Below, one piece after another: positions 24,501 to 38,456 of a stretch of DNA of 64,000 nt. The position numbers and the translations under genes are program-made. The notes beneath the pieces were generated by a model, which searched no databases, was not told the DNA's origin, and worked only from the letters and a program-made list of their open reading frames with translations. How positions within the stretch are numbered: position 1 is the stretch's first letter; each line of letters opens with the position of its first letter. This stretch comes from Paraphysomonas bandaiensis (lineage: Eukaryota > Protista > Chrysophyceae), in NCBI GenBank assembly GCA_965644295.1, contig CBFFRP010000149.1, forward strand, positions 1 through 64,000. The letters are read 5' to 3'.

Positions 24501-27500
24501 TGGAACCAAGCACATAGCGTCCAGGGTAAGTGTTTTTGGTGGAAAAAAGAAAGGAAAACTGGCAGAACAGTCACCAGACCCGGACACTAGCAATGTAGCA
24601 ATTTCTTCCAATGAGAATATTCTGGCGCCATCTCCACGACTTGCAGCGTACTTGAATTCGGGAAATTCCAAACAAGATGATCGTGCTTTAAAATCTGATA
24701 CAGAGTTTCAGAGAGGTGTCGCCAGCTTTCGCCGACAACTAAGTAGAAGCAGCAGTAAACCCTTTGTTAGTGAGATTGAAGGTGTGACTGTGGATTACGC
24801 AGAGCTGAATGGAAGCACAGTTTTGGAAGACGTTGGTGCTTCGCAAAGAAAACATGAATATGATGATCCTGTACTAGGTAGACCTCCTCGTCATGAAAAT
24901 ACTGATACAGCCGGTGTTTCCTTTGATGAGAGTGTTTTACAGTCAACTGTATCTGAGGTTATCGATCCAGAAGGAGAACGTACAAAACATCCAACTGTCG
25001 GTAAGTCAACACTCAAGAGTGTTGCAATCGGAGATGAAGGACACGGCCGACTCCGAGATAGCGTACACCGCGGAAAAAGTGAGCAAGATGTAGGTGGCAT
25101 CGGTGAGAGAGAGAGTATTGGTGAGGGTGCAGTGAGAAGTGGGCACGATCATGAAATCGTAGATAATGAGAGGCTCCGAGAGCGCGGTCATCGCAACAGG
25201 AGTAGTCGAGAATTGGTTGACAATGAGAGGCACCGCGAGCGTGTTCACCGTAGCAGGAGCAGTCGAGATGTGGGTGGTACTGGCGAGAGAGAGAGTATTG
25301 GTGAGGGTGCCGTACGAGGTGGGGGTGATCGTCATCGCGAGGGTGTTCGCCGTAGCAGGAGTAGTCGAGATGTGGGTGGTACCGGCGAGAGAGAGAGTAT
25401 TGGTGAGGGTGATCGTCATCGCGAGGGTGTTCATCGTAGCAGGAGTAGTCGAGAATTGGATGACAATGAGAGGCACCGCGAGCGTGTTCATCGTAGCAGG
25501 AGCAGTCGAAATGTGGGTGGTACTGGCGAGAGAGAGAGTATAGGTGAAGGTGCCTTACGAGGTGGGGGTGATCGTCATCGCGATGGTGTTCATCGTAGCA
25601 GGAGTAGTCGAGAATTGGATGATAATGGGAGGCACCGCGAGCGTGTTCATCGTAGCAGGAGCAGTCGAGATGTGGGTGGTATTGGCGAGAGAGAGAGTAT
25701 TGGTGAAGGTGCTGTACGAGGTGGGGGTGATCGCCACCGCGAGGGTGTTCATCGTAGCAGGAGTAGTCGAGATGTGGGTGGTACCGGCGAGAGAGAGAGT
25801 ATAGGTGAGGGTGCTGTACGAGGTGGGAGTGGTCGTCATCGCGAGGGTGTTCATCGTAGCAGGAGTAGTCGAGAATTGGATGACAATGGGAGGCACCGTG
25901 ATCGTGTTCATCGTAGCAGGAGCAGTCGAGATGTGGGTGGTACTGGCGAGAGAGAGAGTATTGGTGAGGGTGCAGTGAGAAGTAGGCACGATCATGATAT
26001 CGCAGATAATGAGAGGCTTCGAGAGCGCAGTCATCGTAACAGGAGTAGTCGAGAATTGGATGACAATGGGAGGCACCGCAAGCGTGTTCACCGTAGCAGG
26101 AGCAGTCGAGATGTAGGTGGTACTGGCGAGAGAGAGAGTATAGGTGAGGGTGCAGTGAGAAGTGGGCACGATCATGAAATCGCAGATAATGAGAGGCTTC
26201 GAGAGCGCGGTCATCGTAACAGGAGTAGTCGAGAATTGGATGACAATGAGAGGCACCGCGAGCGTGTTCACCGTAGCAGGAGCAGTCGAGATGTGGGTGG
26301 TACTAGCGAGAGAGAGAGTATAGGTGAGGGTGCCGTACGAGGTGGGGGTGATCGTCATCGCGAGGGTGTTCATCGTAGCAGGAGCAGTCGAGATGCGGGT
26401 GGTATTGGCGAGAGAGAGAGTATAGGTGGGGTTGATCGTCACCGCGAGGGTGTTCATCGTAGCAGGAGTAGTCGAGATATTACTAGTTCTGATCCTGCTG
26501 GTCTCGATGAGACGGTTGCCGGTAATTCTAGGTCACGTCGAAACAGTTCACTTACATCTTTAACGGAGCGTCGAGTACGTAGGAAAAGTACTGACTCGAA
26601 GCCCATTGGGCATTCGAATGGGCTGTCGCAGATAGGAGGCAGTGAAAGAGGAGATTCCCTCCCGAGTAAAGATAGTAGGTCAATCCAGGAAAGTGCGAGT
26701 GTCGCCAACGATAATGACAGCAATGCGCAGAGTGGTTCACTGACTGTGGTATCGAGCAGGCGTGCGTATGACCGTGCTCGACGTCGTGCTGCTCGCTCCG
26801 GTAGATCGCCAAGAGAACATGTGGACGGCGATTGGTTGTCACACTCTGTTATGGAGTTGTCTGCGTCTTCTGAAGAGGATGGTGTTCTCACTCCAGTGGC
26901 GAGGGATCGAAAAGGTAGACCCACGATATCACGTGCAAATTCCGCTACACATCGTGGGGTACAAGATAAAATAGATGCGTGGGCCAAGGATTATGATGTA
27001 TGCTTCACTTGAATTCGACCTTCGTGTTTTAATCATTTGCTCACAGAGTATCGCACAGGAAGAAGTTCAAGGTGAGAATGAGCTGGCTTCTGAGGTACGT
27101 TGTAATGAGACACCTGTGCGTTTGTTGTGATACTTTATTAGCTCCATGCTTGGCTTAAAATGAGCCACGACCATTCCGATGTGGAGAAGGCCGCCACACC
27201 CCCTGTTTCTGTACAGGACCCACTGGATAAAGTCGACTCCTTCGATTCGTATGTGAGTTATTCTGTTCAACGAAGTTTGGAGATAGAATGGCGCCTCAGT
27301 CAGCTGGAGAGTAAAATGCCTGACCCTGATGTGATTCACACTATACGTACGTTGTTGCACGGCAAGACTCAAGTCATCAAAAAACTTAAAAATCGGCATA
27401 ATCTCTCTCCGGATGAAATATCTAGTCTGCGGTCCGACCTAAGGCGAATGCGAATTGAAATGTTGGATTTGGTGAAGCACGAAACCTCCTCGCTTCGAGA

Positions 27501-27549
27501 TCCCGAAAATGTGATTAAAGAGGAGCTAGAATCTATTAGCGCCTTGTGA
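18504..27549 (+). CDS. Very large (~2,800 aa) protein: N-terminal ankyrin repeats, long Ser-rich disordered region with tandem repeats, C-terminal helical segment
   Basis: Ankyrin motifs GNTPIVYA, GRTPFHVACQFGNLE and GWSPLHVAANYGHVE lie in short exons. ORFs 19701-23003 and 22975-27012 are joined by a GT-AG intron at ~22921-22973. Two further short introns lead to 27160-27549. Confidence 0.8.
21601..22308 (+). repeat. Coding tandem repeat, 138 bp / 46 aa, five copies plus a partial
   Basis: Units start at 21601, 21736, 21874, 22012, 22150 and 22288. They are nearly identical; the first lacks one codon. Confidence 0.95.
25088..26478 (+). repeat. Coding mosaic repeat of RSRSSR / GERESIGEG / RHRE modules
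   Basis: Directly visible in the 1345-aa ORF. Confidence 0.92.
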
Positions 27550-27699
27550 TATGGCATTTCGTCAATACAAAATTTATGCTATGAGCCGTTTGTATATTCA
27601 GTATGTAGGTGAGGTGATTGAAGCTATATGCCTATACATTGCTAAGTTTAATCAACACTTGCACTACACCAGGGCACGCCCTCAGAATGAGCCAATTTC

Positions 27700-28110
27700 A
27701 GTGTGTCAATATTCATATCATTTCATTAAGTTCATATAATGTGTTTAGCTGCTGAATTCTTCCAAAACCCTTAATGTACAACTCTCAATTGATTAAAACT
27801 AAGCAAAACTCAACACTCCCTCTCAATCCAACGCTGTGGATTAATTCTTCCCACCCCACCACAAAACATAACTGAGCACCGAAAACCGATTAGGTTAAAC
27901 TGGTGGACGTATGACTCCGGCATTTCTTCAGCTAGCCTCTCCTCACAGTCAACGCTATTATGATCTTCTACCGCTTTTGTAAGTGTTGTCTCAGATAACT
28001 TCCTTTGAATTTTTCTCATCTTCACCTAGTCATCTTTCCGTGCGTCTCCTAAACGACACCATACAACGATATGGTAAATATATCAGCAGTTTGATCACCA
28101 GTACTAATCT
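27700..28110 (-). mobile_element. Ty1/Copia 3' relic
   Basis: Minus strand reads ISTGDQTADIFT, then PPT ttgagagggag (27816-27826) directly followed by TGTTG, an LTR start at 27815. Related to 2590-2820. Left boundary approximate. Confidence 0.75.
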
Positions 28111-28117
28111 TACATTG

Positions 28118-28360
28118 TGTTGAATATTGCTGTTTAAGGGCAAATAAAGCTGTAGTTCTAAGGTATTTGAATTATGATCGTGACATGAAAAATGTAGAAG
28201 TGATTAACAGTATTAAATAATAGTCGTTGTGAAATTGAAATATATTGACTGTTTATGACGTGTCTATATTAAGATAGCACGAAAATGATTGGTAGTTGCG
28301 GTAACATGAATTTGGCGAATGACAATGAATGATAAGTGAGATTAATCATAATTTACAATT
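28118..28360 (+). mobile_element. Probable Copia LTR fragment
   Basis: Starts TGTTG. Shares taaggtatttgaattatga and ttgactgt...cgtgtcta with the post-PPT sequence at 2270-2400. Confidence 0.45.
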
Positions 28361-28787
28361 AAAGCATTGAGTGTGAATTGCGCTCAGTTATCAAGCTATT
28401 ACCATCCTATTTTGTCAAATTTTGATATGGTAGCTGATGGTAGTTCCAGCTCAGACTGGAAAGAACCTCCGAAGTTCCATCAGTTTGGCGTGGTAAAACT
28501 GGACAAAGAGACAGAAGGTCTGGTTGATGCGAAATCATCTGAGTCTGGAAGAGCGTTCACTGTGACACGACGTCAACTCTCCGAACACTGTCAGAAACAA
28601 GCACAGAAGATCTGGACAAATTGCTGGAGATAAAAGACACGTGCATCAGCTCCATCTTTGAAGCATTTCAACTTCAATCTATGCACAGTGTGGAAAAAGT
28701 AGCCATACTCAGAAACAATGCCACTGGATTGAAGCGCAGAGGGAAGAGTCAAAACCGCAGCCAAAGCAAGAGCAAAATAAATTACCT

Positions 28788-29635
28788 ACACAACCGAAAC
28801 TTAAAAATCCCCTGTTTTTTCACTCAACAATGTCACAAAACTACACATTTTCAAGATAATAATCGGCATATTGTCCACAGAATCCAGAGACAGGTGTCTG
28901 TTAGCTTCACATACAGGATACGATGCGATACTTTTACAGTAATAAGAGGAACGCAGGCTGATATGATCATAACCTCACTGGGAATACATGAGCTCATAGT
29001 TCTTTCATGCCACATGCTGCTGGTTGTTGATTTAGCTGGTGAAAGGTATGGTTAAGTGGCAATCATACAGGAGAGTTGGTCTATTTCAAAGACAGAGATA
29101 GCAGAGTTGATTCCGTGACCATGACTGTCATATAACGCCAGAGGGCTCTCAGGTAATACGATCGGATGATATTGTAATATATTCAATTTAGTGGTTCGAA
29201 GCAGAGCATATGAATATACTCATACTGCAGAGCTGATCATCAGAGAGACTCACATAAGAATAAATCCACTTGAGTGCCATTCTCCTCTCTGATTTGAAGG
29301 TATGTACTAATATGATTATATCATCTATAGATACTTTCTCATAGTGTCCTGTGCGTATTGATGTATATGAAGATACTGTGTGTGTTGGAGCATGTCAATC
29401 ATTGTTGACGTGCAGCATAATCTGCGGAGCCGTATGAACTCGATTGTCATGTAACACCAGCGGAGTCTTAGGGTAACGTTCTTAAATTATGTTGTGAAAA
29501 TATTTAATTTAGAAATTTTGATTCTATGATACAGAGCATATGAAGAAAATGACGCTTCAGAGTTCGATAATAGAGAGACCCACACAAGAATAACTTCAAT
29601 TGAGAATGTATATACTAATATGAATGTAAGATATA
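28788..29635 (+). repeat. Dispersed ~850-bp repeat, copy 1 (probable non-autonomous transposon end)
   Basis: Near-identical to 48109-48956. Both start tacacaacc.aaact.aaaatcccctg. Confidence 0.9.
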
Positions 29636-31546
29636 TTACTTTCTCACTGTGCCCTATACGTATTGATGTAAATGTGGACGATGTATTGAAACATGTCAAT
29701 CATTGTCACCTAGATATAGGGTGCTTTGTATCTTGATATCTACCATCTATCATAAATGGAATATTAGCGCTACCTGTGTAACACTCTGCAAAGGATGAAT
29801 ACGCCAGCCTGTTTGTAGAATAGTATGTTGACATTACCATGATACCTGGTAATCGTAGGTAGTAGGTAATATATATTGATTATTCATAATAAGATGCAAA
29901 TTCTCTCTCTGGGAGTTGCTTTTAAATTGTATTGTAATTGTAGACTTATCCATTGTTGTTGATTTATTGCTATTATGGAAGAAGCGCCTAAAAGAAAGAG
30001 GTTCTAAGTTAAGTGCAGCTATGGCAGTACTAAGAATGGTGTTGGAAGAAAATGATCCACTAATGGCTGGTTACCCCAATGAGGAGTATGTCAGGAGAGT
30101 TGGACTTATGGTCGTATCGGCATCGTTTGTTTATTTTTGGTCTAATATTGAGGCAAAAATTATCTGTATTCCAGTCGTTGTTGCATTTCAGGAATATCGA
30201 GTATATTTGCTTCAATATATTTCCGAAAAATAAGATGCTGACTGCCGATACGGTTGGATTAAATGATGCCGATATCGACATACTGATATTGCACTAATAC
30301 ACGTGCTTAATCGTCTCCCTATAGGTGGTACCTATAACCGCTAAATTTCCTACTGATGAGTATTCCTATTTATATAAAAATGTACCTATAGGCACTGCCT
30401 ACATGTATCAATACTACCTATAGGTACTACCTAAAAATACAATACCAATACGACCTAGAGGTACTATAATTAACAACAATAAACACAGTATAATACATAT
30501 TGCAAAGTAGGAAATAATATAAAAATCAGCAATAATGCAGATCTGCATCATGAATGAAAAGATAAAGTATGTATTCAATTAAAATAAGACGGTATTCGCA
30601 TTAACATAGACGTACGAAGTAAAATTAACGGCAAAACCTACTAATATACATACCACGACAAATCTGAAACAAAGCGTAAACTAGCTCCCAATCACCTGCT
30701 AAGAAGCAGAAGCATTGTGCACTTCAGATGTCTCCACCGCCAATCTGAGTTCAGTTAGCTTCCAAGGTAATGATAGCATTTGTTCGTCCAAGCCATCTTA
30801 CACCGACCATACACCGAAATAACTTCTGGAGTACGATACTGATACAGAGGTGTATATATAAGAAATAATTTACCCAAAATATTATTTTTATTACTTGCAT
30901 GCATTGATAATACTAACATGAACGCTGCCCCCCATTGATGGATATTGAAGATGTTAACGGTCACATTACTTGAATCCTTGGTTATCGGGAGAACTTCACA
31001 GGATGCACGCTGAGCATGCATTCTGCAAAATAACGACTCAAGCAGTATTTCATCCTCTTGTAAGGGCTCTCTTCCACTTCGCTGTCTCTTCTGAGGGTAA
31101 TAACCACACACATGAAGCAGTTGTCTCAAGCGGTTAAAAGTTATCGTACTGGTCTTGCACGGCATAAAGCTTGCGGTACAGTGAAGTCATGTCAGTCCAT
31201 TAACGACTCCATCAATCGTCCTTTGTTTTAATATGCAGGTGGGGTCATAATTTAACCCCACAATAGACTGTCTGTGTGTCTATGTATGGTCACATGACAC
31301 CCCTGTCAGTGTCAGCAACCGTATATACAAAATACAATACGTAGTGATGTGCATTCTTCTATTTTCATGACCAAAAATCCTTATTTTTATAAAAAATAAA
31401 AATAACTTTTATCTTTTTTTATCATGTTTTGTTCATGGTATTGGCTCTCATAGTGATGACTGGTACCAACTGACTGCCTGTCCAGGAGGTGTCATAATAG
31501 AAATTAGTAACATACAATCAGTAAGCTATTATAAATAGTCACATCT

Positions 31547-33774
31547 ATGATCGAGTTATTTTTATTTTTTCTCTTAGTCACTGCAGTTAGAATACCCTGC
31601 AATGTGGCGTCATCGAAGAAAGATAAGACCAATTTTCTATTTATTCTGTATGGTATGTGAATGTTTCATATGTATGGAATGTGTGTGCATAGTGTACATA
31701 CTGTGTGTGTGATATCATGAGGGTATGACATATGTATGTGTATGTATGTATTAATGCGATCTGCAGTGTCTATGTATATGTGCAATGTCGAGGATATGTG
31801 TTAAGTCCCTGTCACAGATGACTTGCGCCCGGAATTGTCTATATATGGGCAAACAGGAATGATTACGCCGAACTTTGAGCGATTGGCTCGACGCTCTGTC
31901 GTGTTTGACTATGCTTTCTGTCAAATTGCTGTTTGTAATCCCTCTCGTGATAGCCTTTTAACCGGTCTGCGACCAGATTCGGTAGGCACATATGGATTCC
32001 AATGGAGTTTCCGTCCTAATGTGGCTATCCCTGCCCTGATGCGTGATGCTGGTTACAAAACCGCAGGATATGGTATGTGCACTTAGCTGTGGGGTGGTTG
32101 CATTAGTTGTAAAGTGTCCGTGTAGGAAAAGTGTTACATTGGGACGGTCCTGACCCAGAAATATGGAGTGAAGAACAATGGTGCGTAAATGTTTTCGTTG
32201 CTAGTTATAAGTTAATTCCCTGCTGTGCTTGGAGGTGTACGAATGTGTATATGATTGTAACGCTTGCAGGGATGGTGACTGGTACGATTACCAGAACAAA
32301 GAGCAAGGTTATATGAATGCGAGCACTCAGCCAGACAAAACTAGACCAGTTGATGAATTCAGAGACTATATGTTCACTACCAAAGCAATTAATATGATGA
32401 CAAAGCTACACAAAATGGAGAAATTATTCATGATTGGACTTGGGTTCAAGCTTCCCCATCTTCAAGTACACGTACCCTTCAAGTACTTTGACATGTACCG
32501 TAATAGAACCGACATGTGGAGACGAAAGAGCCGGGAACTTCGGTACCCAGCCACTTCACCGATCGTAGGACACAAATGCTGCGGATGGCAGAACTTTGCG
32601 TTTATGAATAAAGAAGGTGCATTACCATCAGTTAAGAAAGTCAATATTGGGCCCGTCAATACGCAGTTCACTCAGCAGATGTACACCGAATTAATGTGGG
32701 GTTATGCTGCAGCAGTGACCTTTTTGGACGCTCAGATTGGGCGGCTATTGGATGCTATTGATGAAATGAAGCTGTGGAATAATATCACCATAGTGCTTAC
32801 ATCTGATCATGGCATGCATAATGTGAGCTCATAGTTTAGATTCACGAACTCCGCTAACACTGTTTCATTTACAGGGCGAAAAAGGCATATGGTGAGACAC
32901 TTTGCGATGGAAAATATGCTATTCTTTCGTGAATTTACTGACGTCTTATTTTATGTGCAGGGAGAAATGGACTCTGTTCGATGAGAGCACACGCGTGCCG
33001 CTGATGATTTCGCATCCTGACTCAATCTACCAGGGACAGCATTACACGCACCCCGTAGAGCTTATCGACATCTTCCCTACTATAATCGATATGTTTGGCC
33101 TGTATCCTAGCAAACCTTGTCTATCCGTAGGAGGGAATAGTCGATGCTATGGCATACAGGGAAAATCTCTTGCTCCTGTCGTATTAGGGGATCACTCAAC
33201 TACCCCATCAAGTATTTACAATAAGCGTGCTCATCTGTCGGCCCTAGGAAAGAATGATATATCGAAAGCAGAGATCGAAGCTGCGCGATCCAAACACCAC
33301 AAGCACAAACATTCCCATTTAAACGCAAAGATGCCAACATTGAGTCGTTCGTTCGCAGTGTCGCAGAGTTGGCGATGTGCCCCAAAAGATCTTCTGAAAC
33401 GACGCAACGAGAAACCTGATGAAGGACGCAATGACATTAGTCCGTGGTTTGAGTGCAACCGAGCAGAGAGTAAGGACCCAGCGATGCGGGACTCTCAAGT
33501 TAGTGTAATGGGGTATTCATTCCGCTCCGCCGAGTTTCGATACACGTTATGGCTGCACTTTGATCGTGTCAAAAATATTCCTGAATACGGTGCACCGCCA
33601 TATGCAGAGGAGCTGTACGACCACAGGGGAGAAATGCTGAGTAACTTCACCCATATGGAACTCGTGAATGTAGTTAAACACCCAGACTATTTAACTATTG
33701 CTCAGAATTTGAAAGCCAAGGCACTTCATTTTATTCAACATGAAGTTGTGTTTCATGGGCCATACGATAATTGA
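31547..33774 (+). CDS. Secreted sulfatase, iduronate-2-sulfatase-like, multi-exon
   Basis: Signal peptide, then NFLFILYDDLRP. Formylglycine motif CNPSRDSLLTG. Also GFKLPH and [29 protein letters not shown]. Includes a 17-nt exon at 32875-32891. Confidence 0.93.
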
Positions 33775-34234
33775 ACGTGGGTAATGTGCTATATTTTGGC
33801 ATTGCTGGTTGTAGTTTTACATTCGGAGCTGTTCAACGAAAAAGATACGACATATAGCTTTTTCATTCGTCTGATTCCCAATATATACTAAGTTTAGCTT
33901 ATGCGGCATGTTAATTTTGTACGTGACTATATAAGTGGGTGTGAACGACATTGGCAATAGAACTTGAGCCAATAGCTTTGGATGATAATTCCAAAACACA
34001 TATGTATTTATATATATCTAACTCTATCCGAAAATGGCATATGAGTAGTGGCTTAAATTAAACAACTGAAGTTTATACTTACTCAATAATCAATTATTAT
34101 TATTATTGTGATTAGCATCTGTCATTATTCATTGTCATCACTAAATTCATACTCTTAGTACTATCAATCAAATCTTACGTGGATATGATCTTTTATTGCC
34201 TACAGTCAGTGTAGTATATAGTATTTTCAATATC

Positions 34235-34524
34235 AAGTCAGACTCACACCTTTTCGTGGTGTTCTGGGGGATAAGTACCGGAGATATTTCTCCGGGAAAC
34301 TGACGTGATTCGCATATACAGTCAGCAGATATTGTCCTGCCCACTCTTAGCCTAATGCTTGTGTGGTACAAAAGGGGCACTAATAAAAAGTGTCACTTGT
34401 GTAGATGTCTTTGGGCCCTGATGAATAAACAGGCATCCGGGAATAGGCCCACCTCAAGGGTAACCGGGGTATTTTGGGCTGCCTGCTGAAGTTATGCATC
34501 CGGGATGTTCACCTTCAGAACTCA
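34235..34524 (+). mobile_element. Retroposon copy, 5' part without the LINE-shared tail
   Basis: Aligns with 43545-43855. Confidence 0.8.
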
Positions 34525-35789
34525 AAAATCCTGAAGTCAGCAGATGTCAGGTATATCAACATTCGGCATGCGCACTGTGTTTGCTTTGAGTGATTGATGC
34601 TGAGTACGAGTTCACATTATTCGGTATCTGTGTAGCCACAATGACCGAGGTAATGCGCTAAAGTTTCCTCATGGACGCATGGCAATGACAATGATGTGCT
34701 TAGACCTGTCATGTTTTCTCACACGTCTACTGCCTAGTCTTGGTTTCTCCTGACCCAGGTCATTTAGATTATATCAAGGCTCTGGCACTGTTCTCCAAGC
34801 AGTATCAGCAGGTACATTTGTGTGTGCTTTTTTATGTTATTTCTAATTCTATACACAACCGTTTTCATGTAATAATCAGACATTCTTATAATATATGTTA
34901 TTTCTTACTTCGTAGGTTTTTATCCGAGCGGGTGCACGGTTTCCTACTAGTGTAAGTCACTCGCTGGAGAAAAGTGCAAGGTGGATGCATGTGCTAGACG
35001 AGTGCACATAATATGGAGGGAAGACATTATTGGAGTCAGCTTGAATTTGTAACAGGTTTAGGTTGACATCTGTTTCATGCGTCAGCGTGCAAAATTACAC
35101 CAGTGAGACCGCTTCATGACCGTGGGAGGACCTGGAGCTAGAGTTACTATATACTCTCCCCTCCAGACTACCTGCTGCTGCTGTGAACACCACCTTGAAG
35201 AGGGCCCTAAAGATCTGCCGCATATACACAGGAGACATATATATGCCAAAGCCACCGACCGCAAGTTGTTTGTGTTAGAACAAGTAGATTGGGCAGGAGC
35301 GTATGATCCGGCTTAAACAAGCAACTCGTCCTATGCCCATGTAATAGCTAACTAAATCGTGTTGTATAGTTGAGCACTTTTGTCGGTGCATAAAGGAACT
35401 GAGAGTAAGAATAGCTGTCTTGGAAGGAACTTATTCATTCCCGGAACCATCTCCTCCTACAAACTCGCCAGCACCTGCCAGTGAATTCAGCCACGAAGAA
35501 GCCGTAGAAGAGGCAAAGCCGAAACAAGAACCTGCCAAGAAGCAAAAAAGAAAGGTAGACCCTCAGTGTTACATGAGATAGCTCAGGCGTCCAGAAGGCA
35601 GTCTATCGATGCAATCATCCCCATGCGCACTTCAACCAATGATCTATCAGATGAATCAGATCCATTTGATGTAAAGTCTGTTAAAGGATCTATATTCCGG
35701 GAGATTGCCAGCAGCGAGAGACAGGTAGCCTCGAGTGGAGAAGTGGTGATGCGACAGGCTAAAGAGTGCAATGTTAGAATAGATAGTTT

Positions 35790-35988
35790 CCAGCTTTCGA
35801 ACACACACATTGTGGTTATGGTTAATTTGTTTACGAAATTGGTGTACTTATATGCGGTGAAAGGAATGACGGCTATCAATTTGGCTACAGCAGTATGGAA
35901 GTGCTGGTGTACATACGGTCTCACGGATATGATTATATCAGATATGGGTCCGGATCTCAAATCAGAGCTTTTCGCGATGATGCAATAG
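35790..35988 (+). pseudogene. Ty3/Gypsy-type integrase core fragment
   Basis: IVVMVNLFTKLVYLYAVK...YGLTDMIISDMGPDLKS matches the rve integrase pattern. Truncated. Confidence 0.7.
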
Positions 35989-36095
35989 TAACTAGATGAG
36001 AGTCCTGTTATGCTTAGTGTCGCGCGAGTTGTTAGGTTGGTCGCGGCAACGCACAAGCTTGCGCTTCTTAATAACCAGATTTTCAATATATATGA

Positions 36096-36178
36096 TGTGC
36101 GGCTCACGTTAGTTTCCCGTAGAAATATCTCTTCCCCAGAACACCACCAAAAAGGGCGAGTCCGACGTTGTTGAGGGA
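36096..36178 (-). mobile_element. Retroposon 5' head fragment
   Basis: gcggctcacgttagtttccc...gagtccgacgttgttgaggga is the reverse complement of 43534-43622. Confidence 0.75.
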
Positions 36179-37478
36179 TAATTTTCACACTACGATATAT
36201 ATTACATAACTAGTTACTGACGGATATACGTAACCACTAAAACTTTTTAACAAACTGATAGAAAAAACAAATGACCCCGACATTTCATCTAGCTTCACCA
36301 TAATATATATATATTATATAGTCACAACTCTTGTGGGCAATATTATCACACCTTTCCTTCGTGTGCTTTCCTCAACTGTCCGCATTGAATGTATTATTTG
36401 TAGCAGTAGATGTATGTGTAAGCAAGAAGAAAATACTACATCGAAATAATAATCTAAATTGAATCTATATTAAAATACGAATGCTAATACTGAGCAACAT
36501 AAGTGTAGTTTCCAGCAGGCATTGGTTACACTGTTTCTATCTATCACTACGGCACATCATAATATATAGCTTTCCATCCACTGAAGTAACTATACCATTG
36601 ACTTCATAGATATTTTATATTTCTTACTTTCTCACCCACTTTGTACTCTATTTCATGTTATTGCTATATGGATTTATTAATTACTGAATTCATCAGAATT
36701 TGCAGACATGTATTTCCAGCTTGCTCTCTGCGACATCATCTTACTACTAACTAGTATCAGTATAATATGTGTTAGAATTGGGCACTTCACTAAAGTTAAC
36801 TTTGCCCTACACGTAAACCTTAACCTTGCTTTCTTTGTTGAACCCAATGCACTTTCAAGTAAGAAATTATAATTATATCTCAACACTTCACTACATCATA
36901 TTCATGTAACATGTGGTGAACATCTGTTCACAGTTCACAACAACATCTGTTTATCATATGTTCACCAGTCAGTCCTATGTCGTGTATAGTCACACATCAG
37001 TAACTGAATTTAATTTCTTTGTAACTATAATCACTCGTTACACCTATGAGTTGACTTCACCTCAACTCACTCTATTGCTTCAATTGCACAGTATATATCA
37101 CATCATATTGCAGAACTCAACAATATAGATCACTAGAGACATCATCCTCGTATTTACATTTAGAGGTTTCTTGTAGATCCAAGGGCATATTTTTATATAA
37201 GTATACACTAAAGATATGTTATGTCTGAATTATTAGATAGCTGGTTACGTACAAGGAATTGGGTACATGTGCCCCCAGTCGCACAATTACCGGATTTCTA
37301 GTAATTATCAAGGATGACATGGGTCTACATGGCAAAAAGCTAGCAAGAGCCTAACTTGACGGGCATCCGCTAATGATATGCTGAAATTCTAAAGTATTAA
37401 ACAAGAATTCGTCACTATCACCAAGTAGTTCTCGAGTAGGCTCTCTCAAAGTATGACTGACAGCGGATTACGACCATT

Positions 37479-38456
37479 CTAAAAATCACACGATCTTCCA
37501 ACTGGACCACTTCCTCCAGGACAAGTGAGATTTTTCCAAGAAGAAGAAACATAAATATGCATGGTAGCCCATGATCGAGTTTCCCAGGCACAGTTACCGT
37601 CGTCACACCAGTTTTGGCACATAAGTGATTCCACTAAAGCCGGGGACTCCCAGTCCGCTGCACCGGAAAACAAATATTTGGCACTGGACCCCGGCTGAGC
37701 CACTGGTGATGTGAAGAAAAAGGCATTGAGGGTACCAGTTATATCCGGCGGGTTATACATGGGCACCAGTGGAAGCAATTGATCCTCCATATAACTCTGC
37801 TCTGGGGCCGTTTTGAGGTCGTAAAAATGGTGCCACCCCATTGACTACAGTACGATTTTACAAAAGAGAAGGATCATATAATTTGACTCACAGTCATACA
37901 TGAACCCGGAGTCCAGAGTCGCTCCTGGGCGTCTTTAGCGGTGAGTGGAATTGATTGTGCGATAGTGTCCTGATTTATCACCACCCGATCGCCCAGTAGT
38001 GAGGATGGCACGCCATCAGAGCACATATCAGATGAACTCCGAAACGATATATCCATGCGCCAGCTCTCAGTTCCGTTGTTAACCTTCCAGTATCCGAGCT
38101 CCACCAAGTTGTCTGGAGCAGCGTTACCAAACTTGCTGCTACCGAATATAGTCGCTTGAACACCTGTGACAAGGGTTCATCAAAATTAAACGCTACTTTA
38201 TACATCCTACCAGCCACAGCACCAGACGCGGTATATCTCAGACCTAATGGATGTTCCTCAGTTGGCCCAGAGTTATCTTGAGTATAAAGAATTCCTAAGT
38301 AGTTATCACAACCCGATATTGCCACCCATCCCTGAGACTCAGCTTCTTCGGCTGTAGTAGGAAGAGCGGTCTGGTGTCCAAATGTTCTCCTACAGTCGAA
38401 TCAATTAGCAAAGATACTCCCAATATATTATAAGTTGCGATTATACCATAGGCCAT
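37479..38456 (-). CDS. Secreted protein of unknown function, Trp/Cys-rich, multi-exon
   Basis: Signal-like N-terminus. Consecutive ORFs are joined by short introns. Motifs WTPGSCM.SMGWHHFYDL, LLPLVPMYN, LMCQNWC and WATMHIY. Confidence 0.75.

Noticed and set aside
25006-26457. Thr-rich minus-strand ORFs and Val-rich alternate-frame ORFs
   Set aside because: They are by-products of the stop-poor repeat within the real plus-strand exon.
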